Counted from the stretch's first letter, positions 21,087 through 31,289 are shown. The stretch: DNA of 64,000 nucleotides from Cyanobacteria bacterium P01_D01_bin.156 (GCA_039024555.1 JBCCQQ010000014.1:1-64000), one strand, 5' to 3'. A program made the numbers and translations. The notes: generated by a model not told the origin, from the letters alone.

Positions 21087-21211
21087 TTTTTTCCATGGCT
21101 AATTCGGTGTATGAATCCCTCGTTATTCCGATAATCCCATCGGTTTTCCGAATGACTTCATACTGAGGATTAATAGCGCACTGATGATGACTCTGCAATG
21201 AATGTTTATTT

Positions 21212-21245
21212 AAAGGGGGAGGCATGGTGTCTCCTCCTTTTTTTT
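21212..21245. terminator. Terminator between convergent genes
   Basis: AAAGGGGGAGGCA / TGTCTCCTCCTTT stem followed by a T-run. Confidence 0.7.
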
Positions 21246-21263
21246 ACCCAGAAAACAATCTAC

Positions 21264-22223
21264 CTATCGCTGGGCATAGGCTGCCATGGGCTCTTTGATA
21301 AACCGGATGTAGAAATGCTTGAAGGTGGATTTCATCACTCTAGGCATCCCAAAATCGATGGGCATCATCTTGGTGGGGAGCTGCCAGTCATCGACAGACA
21401 GTTCACTGGGAGACTGAAGCACAAACTCAATATCCTTAGGACATAACCCTAGCTGTTGGGATGCCGCCACGGTGGGAATTTGCGAAGGTGTTACCTGCAG
21501 TACGTCTAACATGGCTCGGTCCAGGGCATACACATTAACTGACGCGCCCAGGACACCTAAAGGACGGGGCTCGCCCCCGCTGGGGCCATTGCCTTCATGG
21601 CCAATAATGCCATCCAGGATAGTTAAGTCTGGGTTAATCGCTTGGGCAGTTTCCACTAACATCTGGGCAAAACGCTGGCAGTCTTTGCCCGCTTCCATAT
21701 GCCACCAAGCCTTCATTTTTCCAGGCACACAGCCAAAGAGATTTTTGACACCTAGGGTGAGGGTGAGCTGTACATGGGATTTGACCTTAGGCAGGTTGAT
21801 CACCACATCGGCGTCCATGGCTTCTTTAGACAGCAAAAGATTATTAAAATCTTTCTCTGTTTCCGCCAGCTGATAGCGTTTGCCGTGGAGTTCTACGATG
21901 GGCAAATCTAGTTTCTCGGCCCACTGCAGTAAGCCATTTGCCTTAGCGACACCGTGGGCACTGCCAAAGGCGGGGCTGTCACCGAGAAAAGGGTTGCCAC
22001 CAACTTCTTGCACCAGTTTGGCGACACAGTACACCACTTCAGGGCGAGTGGTACATTCTTTCGTGGGACGAGAGCCGGTCAATAAATTGGGTTTGAGCAG
22101 AACACGTTGGCCAGGTTTGACATAGGTTTCCATACCTCCCAAGGGGGCCAACAGGTTACGAAGCTGCTGTTCTAATTGCTCAATATCGTAGCTGGTCGCT
22201 TTCAACAGACTAACGGAAACCAT
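21264..22223 (-). CDS. DUF362 domain-containing protein
   Basis: VLLKPNLL, INLPKVKSH, TLGVKNLFGC and EGNGP motifs. Confidence 0.88.
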   Translation of the reverse strand: MVSVSLLKATSYDIEQLEQQLRNLLAPLGGMETYVKPGQRVLLKPNLLTGSRPTKECTTRPEVVYCVAKLVQEVGGNPFLGDSPAFGSAHGVAKANGLLQWAEKLDLPIVELHGKRYQLAETEKDFNNLLLSKEAMDADVVINLPKVKSHVQLTLTLGVKNLFGCVPGKMKAWWHMEAGKDCQRFAQMLVETAQAINPDLTILDGIIGHEGNGPSGGEPRPLGVLGASVNVYALDRAMLDVLQVTPSQIPTVAASQQLGLCPKDIEFVLQSPSELSVDDWQLPTKMMPIDFGMPRVMKSTFKHFYIRFIKEPMAAYAQR

Positions 22224-22357
22224 AATTCAAAAAATCAACCGCTTTTTCTCTATTGTGAAAGTGGTCTCTATAAAGTGCAATCTGTTGAAAAAAGCTAGCG
22301 TCAAGATTGTACGGTATCCACAGGGACGTTCTACGATGCTGTCATGATGGAAACGCA

Positions 22358-23101
22358 ATGCTAAGCCTGTGGGCAAAAACAAGTGGCACCTGGCTGAACG
22401 TGGTGCTGGTGATTTTAGGAACAGCCAGTGGTCTGGTAATGCGAGGGCGATTACCTCGGACAATGCAGGAAGTGATCACCCAGGCGGTGGGGTTGATCAC
22501 GATTTTTATCGGGGTACAAATGGCCCAGCCCTTAACAGAGGTGGATGCAGGTGCGATCGCAGGTGTGATTGTGGGTTTAGTCGCCTTAGTAATGGGGGGG
22601 CTGCTCGGAGAATGGTGGCAGGTAGAAAAACGACTGGTAGCAATTGGAGACAGCTTAAAACAACAATTTGGCGGTGGGGGGCAATTTACCGAGGGATTTG
22701 TTGCCGCGAGTTTGTTGTTTTGTATTGGTCCCCTGGCAATTTTAGGCAGTCTCAACAATGGGCTCAGTGGTGACGGCACAATCCTAATTATCAAAGGCAC
22801 CATGGATGGGCTGATATCCATTGCACTGACTGGCACCTACGGTATTGGTGTCGGGTTTTCGATTTTACCCGTTGTCATCTATCAAGGTGGATTGTCATTG
22901 TTAGCAGGACTATTGGCCAGCAACATTGGCGACCCAACAACCTCTCCAGGAATTTTGCTCGTAACTGGGGTAGGGGGTGTAATGATTATGGGTCTGGGAT
23001 TGAACCTATTAAAAGTGACAAAGATTCAAGTTGCCTCATTCTTACCAGCATTGTTGTTAACCCCGTTGCTTTACGCCATTTGCCAGGTCTTAAGTAGTTA
23101 G
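22358..23101 (+). CDS. DUF554 (YdfK/YqgA) family membrane protein
   Basis: GTWLNV, GFVAASLLFCIGPLAILGS, KGTMDG and YQG motifs; multi-pass TM. Confidence 0.88.
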   Translation: MLSLWAKTSGTWLNVVLVILGTASGLVMRGRLPRTMQEVITQAVGLITIFIGVQMAQPLTEVDAGAIAGVIVGLVALVMGGLLGEWWQVEKRLVAIGDSLKQQFGGGGQFTEGFVAASLLFCIGPLAILGSLNNGLSGDGTILIIKGTMDGLISIALTGTYGIGVGFSILPVVIYQGGLSLLAGLLASNIGDPTTSPGILLVTGVGGVMIMGLGLNLLKVTKIQVASFLPALLLTPLLYAICQVLSS

Positions 23102-23257
23102 TATGCGGCTGCAGGTGAAACTTATAGGTTGGCGCCCATAGCTGGCCCTCCGAATACTGGATTGAACTTTGTCAGGATGTATTAACTTCTAGGTCAAAAT
23201 AAACCGCAGGGGATTGATTTTTGTAAAATCAGATACATAAACGCTTAGAGAAATCCT

Positions 23258-23512
23258 ATGAGTACGCTCCTTTTGGCCAATGCCCCAAACTGCCCATTAG
23301 CAATAGAACCAGAGGCAGAGACTACCCCCCAATGGCATGCGGTGTGCCACATTAATTACACCCGTGATACCTGGGTCAACTTACTGCAGCTCCCCAGCCG
23401 ATTCGCCTATGAAAAAGCTAAACTGCTTTGCCAGGCATCGAATCATAGCTGGGCAGCCTGGGTGCCCAACCATGGAGAAGTGATTCTAGATAGAAGTCAT
23501 TTTTATTGTTAG
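23258..23512 (+). CDS. Small conserved cyanobacterial hypothetical protein
   Basis: WVNLLQLPS..AYEKAKLLC...W.AWVPNHGE..L pattern familiar from cyanobacterial small proteins. Confidence 0.65.
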   Translation: MSTLLLANAPNCPLAIEPEAETTPQWHAVCHINYTRDTWVNLLQLPSRFAYEKAKLLCQASNHSWAAWVPNHGEVILDRSHFYC

Positions 23513-23578
23513 CCGGTCTAAGGGCGTCTTAGTTAGCATGGATATGCGATCGCGCAGGTTATTTATCTAGCCGCCCTT

Positions 23579-23833
23579 ATGAAACATGCCTCTGAACAAA
23601 CTATTGCTGGCCTAGCTCCACTCCTAGAAAAAGTTCGTCTCTTGCCAGGGTTAAAGGAGAAAAAGCTAGGCATTTTCTATCGTAAATCTAGAGCCTTTCT
23701 TCACTTTCACGAAGAAAACAGCGATGTTTACGCGGATGTCCGTCTACAGGAACCAGATTTTCAGCGCTTTCCAGTGACCACTCCAGAGGATCAATCCACA
23801 TTCCTCAGTGCAGTAGAAAACTTCCTTTTGTAA
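23579..23833 (+). CDS. Small conserved hypothetical protein
   Basis: MKHA...L..LL, GIFYRKSRAFLHFHE and ADVR pattern; clean ATG start. Confidence 0.65.
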   Translation: MKHASEQTIAGLAPLLEKVRLLPGLKEKKLGIFYRKSRAFLHFHEENSDVYADVRLQEPDFQRFPVTTPEDQSTFLSAVENFLL

Positions 23834-23867
23834 CCATCCCTCTGCTTATAAAGTCCTCATTTGATAG

Positions 23868-25481
23868 CTAGCTATTATCAACCCGCTGCTCGAATTTATC
23901 AAACCCACTCTTGAGCACCAGTTTGGTATCCATGGAACCAACCTCGATTCCTTCCTTAAGTAATTCTACGAGGCAGCGCTGGCGGAGTAATCGCTGAATC
24001 CTGAGATGCTTACCTGGCTGAACTTTAGTACGAGTAAAAATCAGGCAAATCTCTTCTGAAAAAGTCTCTACACCTTCAATGTGTGTTGGCTCTAAAATAT
24101 CTTCTTCTTGGTGTGCCAGATCCTGCCCCACCCGCTCGATAATCTCAAATGCTTTTTCTGGATCGACTTCATAGGTAATCGAGACCTCTACGGCTGCATC
24201 AATAGGCTGCTTGGAGTAATTTACAATTGCCCCGATGTCTCCGTTGCGCAAAATCTGTACCTGGCCATCGGGGTGCAAAATTCTGGTAGTTCGCAGCTCG
24301 ATCGACTGTACCGTTCCCTGGGCCTGTTCGGTTTCAATAAAGTCTCCTACTAGATAGTAGTCTTCAAACAAAATAAAAAAGCCGCTGACCACATCTTTTA
24401 CTAGGCTCTGAGCGCCGAGACCTACGGTTAAACCAACAATCCCGGCCCCGGCCAAAATAGGCCCTGGATCAATGCTGAGTGCCTTCAGCAAAAACAGGAT
24501 AGTACCAAAGTAAATTACGTAGCGAAGACAACTCACAATCAATGGCGTAATGGTAATTCGTCGCTGATGTACTGCTGTGGGCATGTCCTCTGTGGACAGC
24601 ATCATCTCCGACACCACGAGCTGCATAATGTTAGTGGCCAAACGTCCTAAAAAGATCAGAGCAATCACCCTAATAGCACGCTGTCCATAGTCTGCGAGAT
24701 TGGCAACTAGAGATATTTGCCCTACCACTAACATGGCCACATAAACCCAAACCACGTATTCTAAAGAACGTTTGAGAAAGGGCACTAAATGCTGAAGCTC
24801 TTCATAAAATCGAGCAATATTATTGGAGCTAGAATACCGTTGGCTCAGGGCGTCTAAGCTATCCACTACTACGGTGACAGCTTTATAGACAAGCACACCA
24901 ATGGAAATAATTAAATAAATTCGCCAGGTAGTGTATGAATAGGGCAAAATCTCCGCTGGCAAACTGATAAAGCGGGCACACCAAATAGAAGCCAGTAGCC
25001 ACATACCGGTATTCAAAACAGCAATCAAAGCATCAAAAAGCTGACTAATACTGTCGTCATTAGCCGTTACCGCATCTACTTTTTGGATGTAATCCCTAGC
25101 ATGGTTCAATAACTGCTGTAGTGGACGCTGCAAAACTCCCACCAGGACTAGCAAACAAACACTTTTTCCACCTCCTGCAGCCACCCCTAGCCAAACATCC
25201 CGAGGCGTATTGCGAATGAGCGATAGGGTATAGGTATCTGGCTGTTCGCCCTGTAATAGAATCCAGCTATTAAAGCCTGCAACAAGAAGGCATAGTAAAA
25301 AGCCAGAGACAACAACAATGCCTAAAATATTTTGTCGTAGCGTCTGTAAGTCCCTATCCTCTAAATTGAAGACTGAGGATTGCACAACTCGTCGAAAACT
25401 CCAGTTAAAGGAAAAGTGTAGAAAACAACATAAAAGAAAAATGACAATTAATTCGGAAAAAATGAGTAAGAATATTGCCAT
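23868..25481 (-). CDS. MscS family mechanosensitive channel with extended N-terminal TM region
   Basis: ILAGAGIVGLTVGLGAQSLVKDVVSGFFILFED and GTVQSIELRTTRI MscS core. Confidence 0.92.
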   Translation of the reverse strand: MAIFLLIFSELIVIFLLCCFLHFSFNWSFRRVVQSSVFNLEDRDLQTLRQNILGIVVVSGFLLCLLVAGFNSWILLQGEQPDTYTLSLIRNTPRDVWLGVAAGGGKSVCLLVLVGVLQRPLQQLLNHARDYIQKVDAVTANDDSISQLFDALIAVLNTGMWLLASIWCARFISLPAEILPYSYTTWRIYLIISIGVLVYKAVTVVVDSLDALSQRYSSSNNIARFYEELQHLVPFLKRSLEYVVWVYVAMLVVGQISLVANLADYGQRAIRVIALIFLGRLATNIMQLVVSEMMLSTEDMPTAVHQRRITITPLIVSCLRYVIYFGTILFLLKALSIDPGPILAGAGIVGLTVGLGAQSLVKDVVSGFFILFEDYYLVGDFIETEQAQGTVQSIELRTTRILHPDGQVQILRNGDIGAIVNYSKQPIDAAVEVSITYEVDPEKAFEIIERVGQDLAHQEEDILEPTHIEGVETFSEEICLIFTRTKVQPGKHLRIQRLLRQRCLVELLKEGIEVGSMDTKLVLKSGFDKFEQRVDNS

Positions 25482-25724
25482 AATCTAGATGCCTAATTGG
25501 CAAACTAAGTTACATAGACATTGCTAACACTAAGGATCGCTGTATCTGAAAGATATCGATTTACAGAATGTCTCTCAGAACGGTTAATCCCTTTGATCGG
25601 CAACGACTAATCTAGCAATCATTCTACGGCCTAAATGCTATAAAGCAATTCCTACAGGAAGTATACAAAACGTACCAATCCTATAAAGACTGACTGTAAT
25701 ACTCTTTCGTATTTTTTCTATAGC

Positions 25725-25764
25725 GTTTGGCCCAGGAAACTCTGTGAGGTTTCCTGGGCCAAAC
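25725..25764. repeat. Perfect 16-bp hairpin; possible terminator or RNA stabiliser downstream of fasciclin gene
   Basis: GTTTGGCCCAGGAAAC-N8-GTTTCCTGGGCCAAAC. Confidence 0.7.
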
Positions 25765-25958
25765 ATCGAAGGTAATTCGGTTAATGCTGCAGACCCGAAC
25801 AATGCTGACGCGTTAGGGCGGCCCAATGCCACAGACAATGCATACTCGCTCTGCAAGTCGCCGCTCATTTAGGGGATGAAATTATCTACAAAACCCTTTA
25901 AAGAATTAGATTCCGAGTACTGAAATAATCCCGAGGAGCAGAAACGCCTAAAACTATC

Positions 25959-26471
25959 TTACTGAGGAGGTAGGATAACTTGGTCAACAACGTGAATAAC
26001 GCCGTTGCTTGCTTCGATGTCAGCTGCAACTACGTTGGCACTGTTAACAGTTACACCGGACCCTACCGCAATATCTAACGGAATACCCGCAACAGAATTG
26101 ACACTGCCTGAGGATAACTGCGTAGAGAGTACGCTGCCTGGTACAACATGGTAGGTCAGAATTGTTGTTAGCAATTCTTGATTTTCAGGTTTAAAGAGGC
26201 TTTCAATGGTGCCCTTAGGTAGCCGACCAAAGGCATCATCTGTGGGAGCAAAAACCGTAAACTCAGTCTCGCCATCGAGTACGCCTACTAGTTTTGCATG
26301 GGTCAATAGCGCTGTTAGAACATCAAAAGAAGCGTTAGTAGACGCAATTCCTACAATGCTGTTACCACCATGATTATCTTTTGCTTCAAGGGCTGTAGCT
26401 TCCTTAACCTGAGCGACAGATACAGTTAGTGCAGTTGCTAAAGCAGTCGTTAATAATGCAATTTTTCTCAT
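25959..26471 (-). CDS. Secreted fasciclin (FAS1) domain protein, paralog 1
   Basis: Signal peptide; FTVFAPTDDAF, ILTYHVV and ASNGVIHVVDQVILP motifs. Confidence 0.95.
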   Translation of the reverse strand: MRKIALLTTALATALTVSVAQVKEATALEAKDNHGGNSIVGIASTNASFDVLTALLTHAKLVGVLDGETEFTVFAPTDDAFGRLPKGTIESLFKPENQELLTTILTYHVVPGSVLSTQLSSGSVNSVAGIPLDIAVGSGVTVNSANVVAADIEASNGVIHVVDQVILPPQ

Positions 26472-26503
26472 GAATTAATACCTTCCTAACAGGTGGTTAC
26501 TAT

Positions 26504-26540
26504 AGGTACGGCATCTAAGCAAAATCGGATTACTTTTTTT
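26504..26540 (-). promoter_or_regulatory. Putative ECF-sigma promoter of fasciclin paralog 1
   Basis: AAAAGTAATCC-N16-CGTACCT on the minus strand, conserved upstream of both paralogs. Confidence 0.6.
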
Positions 26541-26682
26541 ATAAAACTTGCTGTGACTGAGTTAGAACGTAGATCGATTTGGCTTCATACAAAGCATTAG
26601 CATCTCTGTAGATGCAATCATTTCGAGAATTAGCAGCACCCAAAGTCTAAGGATTTTGGGTGCTGCAACAAAATCAGAAAAC

Positions 26683-26785
26683 TTAGGAGCGGTTAAGAAA
26701 CTACTTCACGGTTTAAGCCTGAAAAGCTTGTTAAGCCATGATTTAAATGCACAAGGCCATGATTCTAACTTTTAACAAGCCACTA
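26683..26785. repeat. MITE-like dispersed repeat, copy B
   Basis: Homologous to 11591-11688 in the same orientation. Confidence 0.75.
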
Positions 26786-26933
26786 TCCTAATCACCATAA
26801 AACAGCTCAGGCAACATTAGGTGATAAACCTACACTGCCTGAGCTATTCAAAATCGTATAGTTTTCCGAATATTAGCTGACGTTACAAGGAAGGAAAACC
26901 ACGGTAGAGCTTCCCACAATATATAGTCTCAAT

Positions 26934-27446
26934 TTACTGAGGAGGTAGAATTACCTGGTCAACAACGTGGATGATGCCATTGCTTGCTTCAATATCAGCT
27001 TTAACGACGTTGATGCCATTGATGGTTACACCAGAAGCTACGCTAACATCCAAAGGAATGCCAGCAACAGAGTCCACACTACCGGAGCTTAGCTGGGTAG
27101 AAAGCACACTTCCGGGTACAACATGGTAGGTCAAAATAGTGGCTAAGAGGTCTTGGTTCTCAGCTTTAAAGAGGCTGGCGAGGGTGCCTGCAGGCAGTTG
27201 GCTAAAGGCTTCATCCGTAGGGGCAAAAACTGTGAATTCTGTGTCTCCATCCAATACACCAACTAACTCAGCCTGCTTCAACAATGCTGTTAGTACATCA
27301 AAAGAGCTATTGGTAGACGCGATTCCGACGATACTGTTCCCCATACTATTCTCTTTTGTCTCAAGAGACCGTGTTTCTTGAGCTTGAACAGGTGAAATAG
27401 CAAAAGCTGCAGCTAGGATAGCCGTTAAAAACATAATCTTTTTCAT
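26934..27446 (-). CDS. Secreted fasciclin (FAS1) domain protein, paralog 2
   Basis: Same motifs and same 170-aa length as 25959-26471; tandem duplicate. Confidence 0.95.
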   Translation of the reverse strand: MKKIMFLTAILAAAFAISPVQAQETRSLETKENSMGNSIVGIASTNSSFDVLTALLKQAELVGVLDGDTEFTVFAPTDEAFSQLPAGTLASLFKAENQDLLATILTYHVVPGSVLSTQLSSGSVDSVAGIPLDVSVASGVTINGINVVKADIEASNGIIHVVDQVILPPQ

Positions 27447-27480
27447 GGATAAATACCGTCCTAAACAGGTGTTTCACTAG

Positions 27481-27516
27481 AGGTACGACATCCCACCAAA
27501 ATCGGATTACTTTTTT
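27481..27516 (-). promoter_or_regulatory. Putative ECF-sigma promoter of fasciclin paralog 2
   Basis: AAAAGTAATCC-N16-CGTACCT with spacing identical to the paralog 1 copy. Confidence 0.6.
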
Positions 27517-27551
27517 GGAAAGTTTTCTAATACGGATTTTTCAGCGTAATA

Positions 27552-27593
27552 ACAAAAAGGAACAACTAGCGACTGCTAATTGTTCCTTTTTGT
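27552..27593 (-). terminator. Terminator downstream of AhpC-like gene
   Basis: ACAAAAAGGAACAACTAGC / GCTAATTGTTCCTTTTTGT stem. Confidence 0.75.
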
Positions 27594-27655
27594 ACAGAGA
27601 CAAACAACTATCCACAGCACGCAGATAACCTTTTTGTCTATTCTTATATCCCAGT

Positions 27656-28321
27656 CTAGGCAGCCACTTCTTTGACAACCGCTAGAACATCCTGGGGCTC
27701 TGCTCGTTGCGTATAATCCGCTTCTGCAAAGGCATAGCGAATACGTCGTGAACGATCAATCACATAGGTAGCGGGTAAGGGGAGTTCGTAACTTTCATCA
27801 CCATTGTGGGCTGCCACATCAATGCCAAAATTCTTATAGATGGGTCGTAGAGATGGGTCTAGGGTAAATATAAGACCATACTCACGGGATACTTTGTTAC
27901 CCACATCACTCAGTACGGCGAATTCTAGATTATGCTTTTCAGTCACACTGAGGGAATGGTCTGGCAGTTCTGGAGAAATGGCAACTAGGCTCGCATTGGC
28001 CTGTTGAAAATCTGACAACAGATTCTGAAACGCACGGAGTTCCAGATTGCAGTAGGGACACCATTCACCTCGATAAAAATTGATGACGACAGGTCCCTGC
28101 TGTAGCAGCTCACTTAATCGAACCAATTTACCGGTGGCATCAGGAAGTTCAAAGTCAGGGGCAACATCACCAACGGTCAGCGCCTGAGTAGCGATACCCG
28201 ATGCATCTAGAGCATCGGTTGCTGCGGCCATGGTGTCCTGTACTGCCTGGGGAGCCTGTTGCTGAAACCCCGCACGCTGATCTGCTAACTGGTCCGCGAG
28301 GGAAAGTGAAGTGGTCGTCAT
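27656..28321 (-). CDS. Peroxiredoxin-like AhpC/TSA family protein
   Basis: APDFELPD, FYRGEWCPYCNLEL and LPLPATYVID motifs. Confidence 0.9.
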   Translation of the reverse strand: MTTTSLSLADQLADQRAGFQQQAPQAVQDTMAAATDALDASGIATQALTVGDVAPDFELPDATGKLVRLSELLQQGPVVINFYRGEWCPYCNLELRAFQNLLSDFQQANASLVAISPELPDHSLSVTEKHNLEFAVLSDVGNKVSREYGLIFTLDPSLRPIYKNFGIDVAAHNGDESYELPLPATYVIDRSRRIRYAFAEADYTQRAEPQDVLAVVKEVAA

Positions 28322-28446
28322 GGAAAATTACCTTGGGTGGATAGGTTTGTTCGAAATTCTAGAACTAGAGTATCCAAGAAACATTAAAGTGAGCTGAGAG
28401 TTAACTATCGATAGTCGACCAATGGATAACCGACCAACCTTCAGCG

Positions 28447-29067
28447 CTATAAAACGGGGGGAGCGTCGGCTTGATGCCACATGTAAAGTGCTAGATAAGA
28501 GCGGTAGGGTGCAAAATGCGCGGCTGTACGCACTGTTTTTCGTCGTCGGCTGGTTAGTTTTTCTAGATTTTTGCGTGCAGTGGTATCGCCATCGGGCCAG
28601 ATGTCTGGAGCGCCAAAGTAGAAAATACCCATCATATCTGCGGTCCATGGACCAACGCCCCAAATTTGAGTCAGACAATGCGTGCGTTCAGTATGGTCAA
28701 GCTGACTGAGGGTGACCACATCCAGTTGGTTAGCATGGTTTGCGATCGCAATCGCTCCTATAGCCTTGGCCTTAGCTGCCGACAGTCCACAGCTACGCAA
28801 AGCATCTGGTGGCACTGTAGCAAAGTAGTCCATCAGGGATTGGTCTGCAGCACTTTGGACCACTCGTTGCCAGATGGATGCGGCAGCCTTTACCGATAAC
28901 TGTTGCCCTGCAACGGCACGACATAAGCGTACTGGAAACGGGATATCTTGGCTGGGGGTAAGTTTGAGAGGACTTGTAGCTGCGATCACAGCTGCCAATT
29001 CTTCACTTAGCCCCTGTGCCGTTTCCACAAATTTGGCGTGAATTTCCTGTGGGCTGGCTTCTCCCAT
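28447..29067 (-). CDS. DNA-3-methyladenine glycosylase II (AlkA-like, HhH-GPD)
   Basis: GQQLSVKAA, GVGPWTADM, DIWPDGD and PYRSYLALYMW motifs. Start placed at ATG 29067. Confidence 0.88.
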   Translation of the reverse strand: MGEASPQEIHAKFVETAQGLSEELAAVIAATSPLKLTPSQDIPFPVRLCRAVAGQQLSVKAAASIWQRVVQSAADQSLMDYFATVPPDALRSCGLSAAKAKAIGAIAIANHANQLDVVTLSQLDHTERTHCLTQIWGVGPWTADMMGIFYFGAPDIWPDGDTTARKNLEKLTSRRRKTVRTAAHFAPYRSYLALYMWHQADAPPVL

Positions 29068-29129
29068 TGTGGCCGCAATTGCCAAATAGGCATTATGTGA
29101 TTGCGTTTTAATCCTACACCTGAGCCGTC

Positions 29130-30674
29130 CTACACCCGAGCCGCAAGATGTTCGCCCACCCGCAGCGCATTAGCCATTACGGTTAATGCCGGACTGACGC
29201 TGGCACAGGATGGGAAAAAACTGCTATCCACCACATAGAGATTTTCAATCTCATGGGTACGACAGTTAGTATCCAAAACTGAGGTGGCTGCATCAGTCCC
29301 CATGCGGGCTGTACCACACTGGTAGCCCACCACCTGAACAGGAGATTCTCCCCGAGGGTACAACGACCCCGAGCGCAGACCGATACCGCTATTTTCTATA
29401 TCTTTTAGAATTCCCATCCAGCGATACACCAGACGATCGTGGGCCTCTAGGTTGTTGGGGGTAAACTCATACCGAAGCTTTTTACGCTTACGGCCAAAAT
29501 GGGTGTCTTTCTGCCAGTAAATGCGATTGCTAGGATCTGGCAATGTACCCGTTTGTGCCCACCAACCAATGGAACGCTTCACCAGCTGCTGTAGACTAGC
29601 CCCTGGCAAAATACGTGCCGTGACTGATAACAGGGGAGGAGATTCTGCAAAAATTAAATCTTGCAGCAGACCACCGCTGTTTTCGATGTGGCCCATGGGG
29701 TAGGGATAATCGCCATCACCCCAGTAAAAGTCATTCACACTAATGCTGGGGGGAAACGTGCCCTTATTACTGGTATCGGCCCGTTCCACAATCACCGTCA
29801 TCAGATGCTTCATTAGATTACGGCCCAACAGGCCTGATGCGTTAGCCAGACCGTGGGGGTGCTTTTCATTGGCAGAATCCAGCATGAGGGCGGCTGAATT
29901 CACCGCACCGCAGGCAAGTACCACCAGATGACCGGTAAACATGACGGTATATGGATCATCTGGGGCACCGATTTCGGCTTGCACACCCTTAATTTCGCGC
30001 CCAGAAGCATTGGTATGGAGAGCAACTACCTTCGCATTGGTCTTGAGGGTGACGTTATCGTGCTTTAGGGCCAGATCAATACCAAAGACTTCGGCATCTC
30101 CCGTAGGATCATCGCCACGCTGGGTCAAGCTGACGGGCAAGGTAGTTGGGTGTAAACCTCCTGCCGAAATCTTCTCCACAATGGGCCGCATGACGGGGGG
30201 ATGGGGACATGCGCCATGGGGATACGCGGCACTATGGTCAGGTTCGGTGGGGTCGCTATGCTGATCGCCGTGGACCTGGTAAAGTTGTTCGGCGGCAGTG
30301 TAGTAGGGCTCAAAATCGCTGTACTTGAGGGGCCACTCGGGGGTAATGCCGTCTTGATAGGTGACCGCGCCAAAATCGCGATCGCGCATTCGCATCAGCG
30401 TCGCTCGATAGATTTTTGTATTGCCACCCACCGCATAGTTGGCCTGGGGAGAAAAGGGCTCACCCGTTTCGTCGTACCACTGTTCTGGAGAGCGATAGCG
30501 GCTGGTCTTAAATATATCAATATTGGCGCGGTTCTGGTCTTCAAGAGACATGCGATCGCCCCGTTCTAAGACCAAAATCTTCTTACCGGTCGTCGCCAGT
30601 GCCTGGGCCAGGGTGCCACCTCCGGCGCCAGAACCCACAATAATTACATCGTAGTGCTGATCGTCAATAATCAT
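29130..30674 (-). CDS. GMC family FAD-dependent oxidoreductase with atypical active site
   Basis: IVGSGAGGG FAD motif, VGGNTKIY, LACGAVNS and NLYVVDSSFFP. ATG 30674 lies 11 nt after the ctaE stop. Confidence 0.88.
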   Translation of the reverse strand: MIIDDQHYDVIIVGSGAGGGTLAQALATTGKKILVLERGDRMSLEDQNRANIDIFKTSRYRSPEQWYDETGEPFSPQANYAVGGNTKIYRATLMRMRDRDFGAVTYQDGITPEWPLKYSDFEPYYTAAEQLYQVHGDQHSDPTEPDHSAAYPHGACPHPPVMRPIVEKISAGGLHPTTLPVSLTQRGDDPTGDAEVFGIDLALKHDNVTLKTNAKVVALHTNASGREIKGVQAEIGAPDDPYTVMFTGHLVVLACGAVNSAALMLDSANEKHPHGLANASGLLGRNLMKHLMTVIVERADTSNKGTFPPSISVNDFYWGDGDYPYPMGHIENSGGLLQDLIFAESPPLLSVTARILPGASLQQLVKRSIGWWAQTGTLPDPSNRIYWQKDTHFGRKRKKLRYEFTPNNLEAHDRLVYRWMGILKDIENSGIGLRSGSLYPRGESPVQVVGYQCGTARMGTDAATSVLDTNCRTHEIENLYVVDSSFFPSCASVSPALTVMANALRVGEHLAARV

Positions 30675-30685
30675 GGCTCGCACCC

Positions 30686-31285
30686 TTATTTCCAGACATA
30701 GATCAAAACAAACAACACGATCCAAATAACATCGACAAAGTGCCAGAAAATAGATGTGGCTTCTACGCCATATTCTCCTCCGGCATAGTTATTTGGAATA
30801 AATGACCGACCCAGCATAATGCTCTGGAGTAGTACCCCCGTCAGCACATGGAGGCCATGAAAGCCTGTGAGTAAATAAAACGAACCGCCAAACACTCCAT
30901 CGGTAAAGCCAAACGGTAGCCCCATCCACTCCACGGCTTGACCATAGAGAAAATAGCTACCCATGGCCATGGTCAATAGCCAAAACACGCGAAAACCCCA
31001 AAGGTTTTCTTTTCTAAGAAAGCGCTCTGCAAAATAGATAACAAAGCTGCTAGAAACCAACACGACCGTGTTGATAAATGGCTCCCGTACTTCTAAGCCC
31101 TCAAACCCGGCTGGAAACCAGTCTGGAGCATTGAGCTTATAAACAATGTAGCCCACAAAGAAGCTCAGAAAGATAACACTTTCCGACAGCAGAAAGACAA
31201 GAAAACCAAACATGCGATGGTCTTCTTCTTCTTCATGGCCGGACCGATGGTCGGACTGGAGAGTGGGATCAGATACTGTTGTCAT
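30686..31285 (-). CDS. ctaE: Heme-copper oxidase subunit III (ARTO-type)
   Basis: FLLSESVIF, LTGFHGLHV and FWHFVDVIW motifs. Confidence 0.92.
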   Translation of the reverse strand: MTTVSDPTLQSDHRSGHEEEEDHRMFGFLVFLLSESVIFLSFFVGYIVYKLNAPDWFPAGFEGLEVREPFINTVVLVSSSFVIYFAERFLRKENLWGFRVFWLLTMAMGSYFLYGQAVEWMGLPFGFTDGVFGGSFYLLTGFHGLHVLTGVLLQSIMLGRSFIPNNYAGGEYGVEATSIFWHFVDVIWIVLFVLIYVWK

Positions 31286-31289
31286 TGGT

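Noticed and set aside
25638..25868. 76-aa ORF between mscS and fasciclin
   Set aside because: It runs through a perfect hairpin and has no family features; probably spurious.
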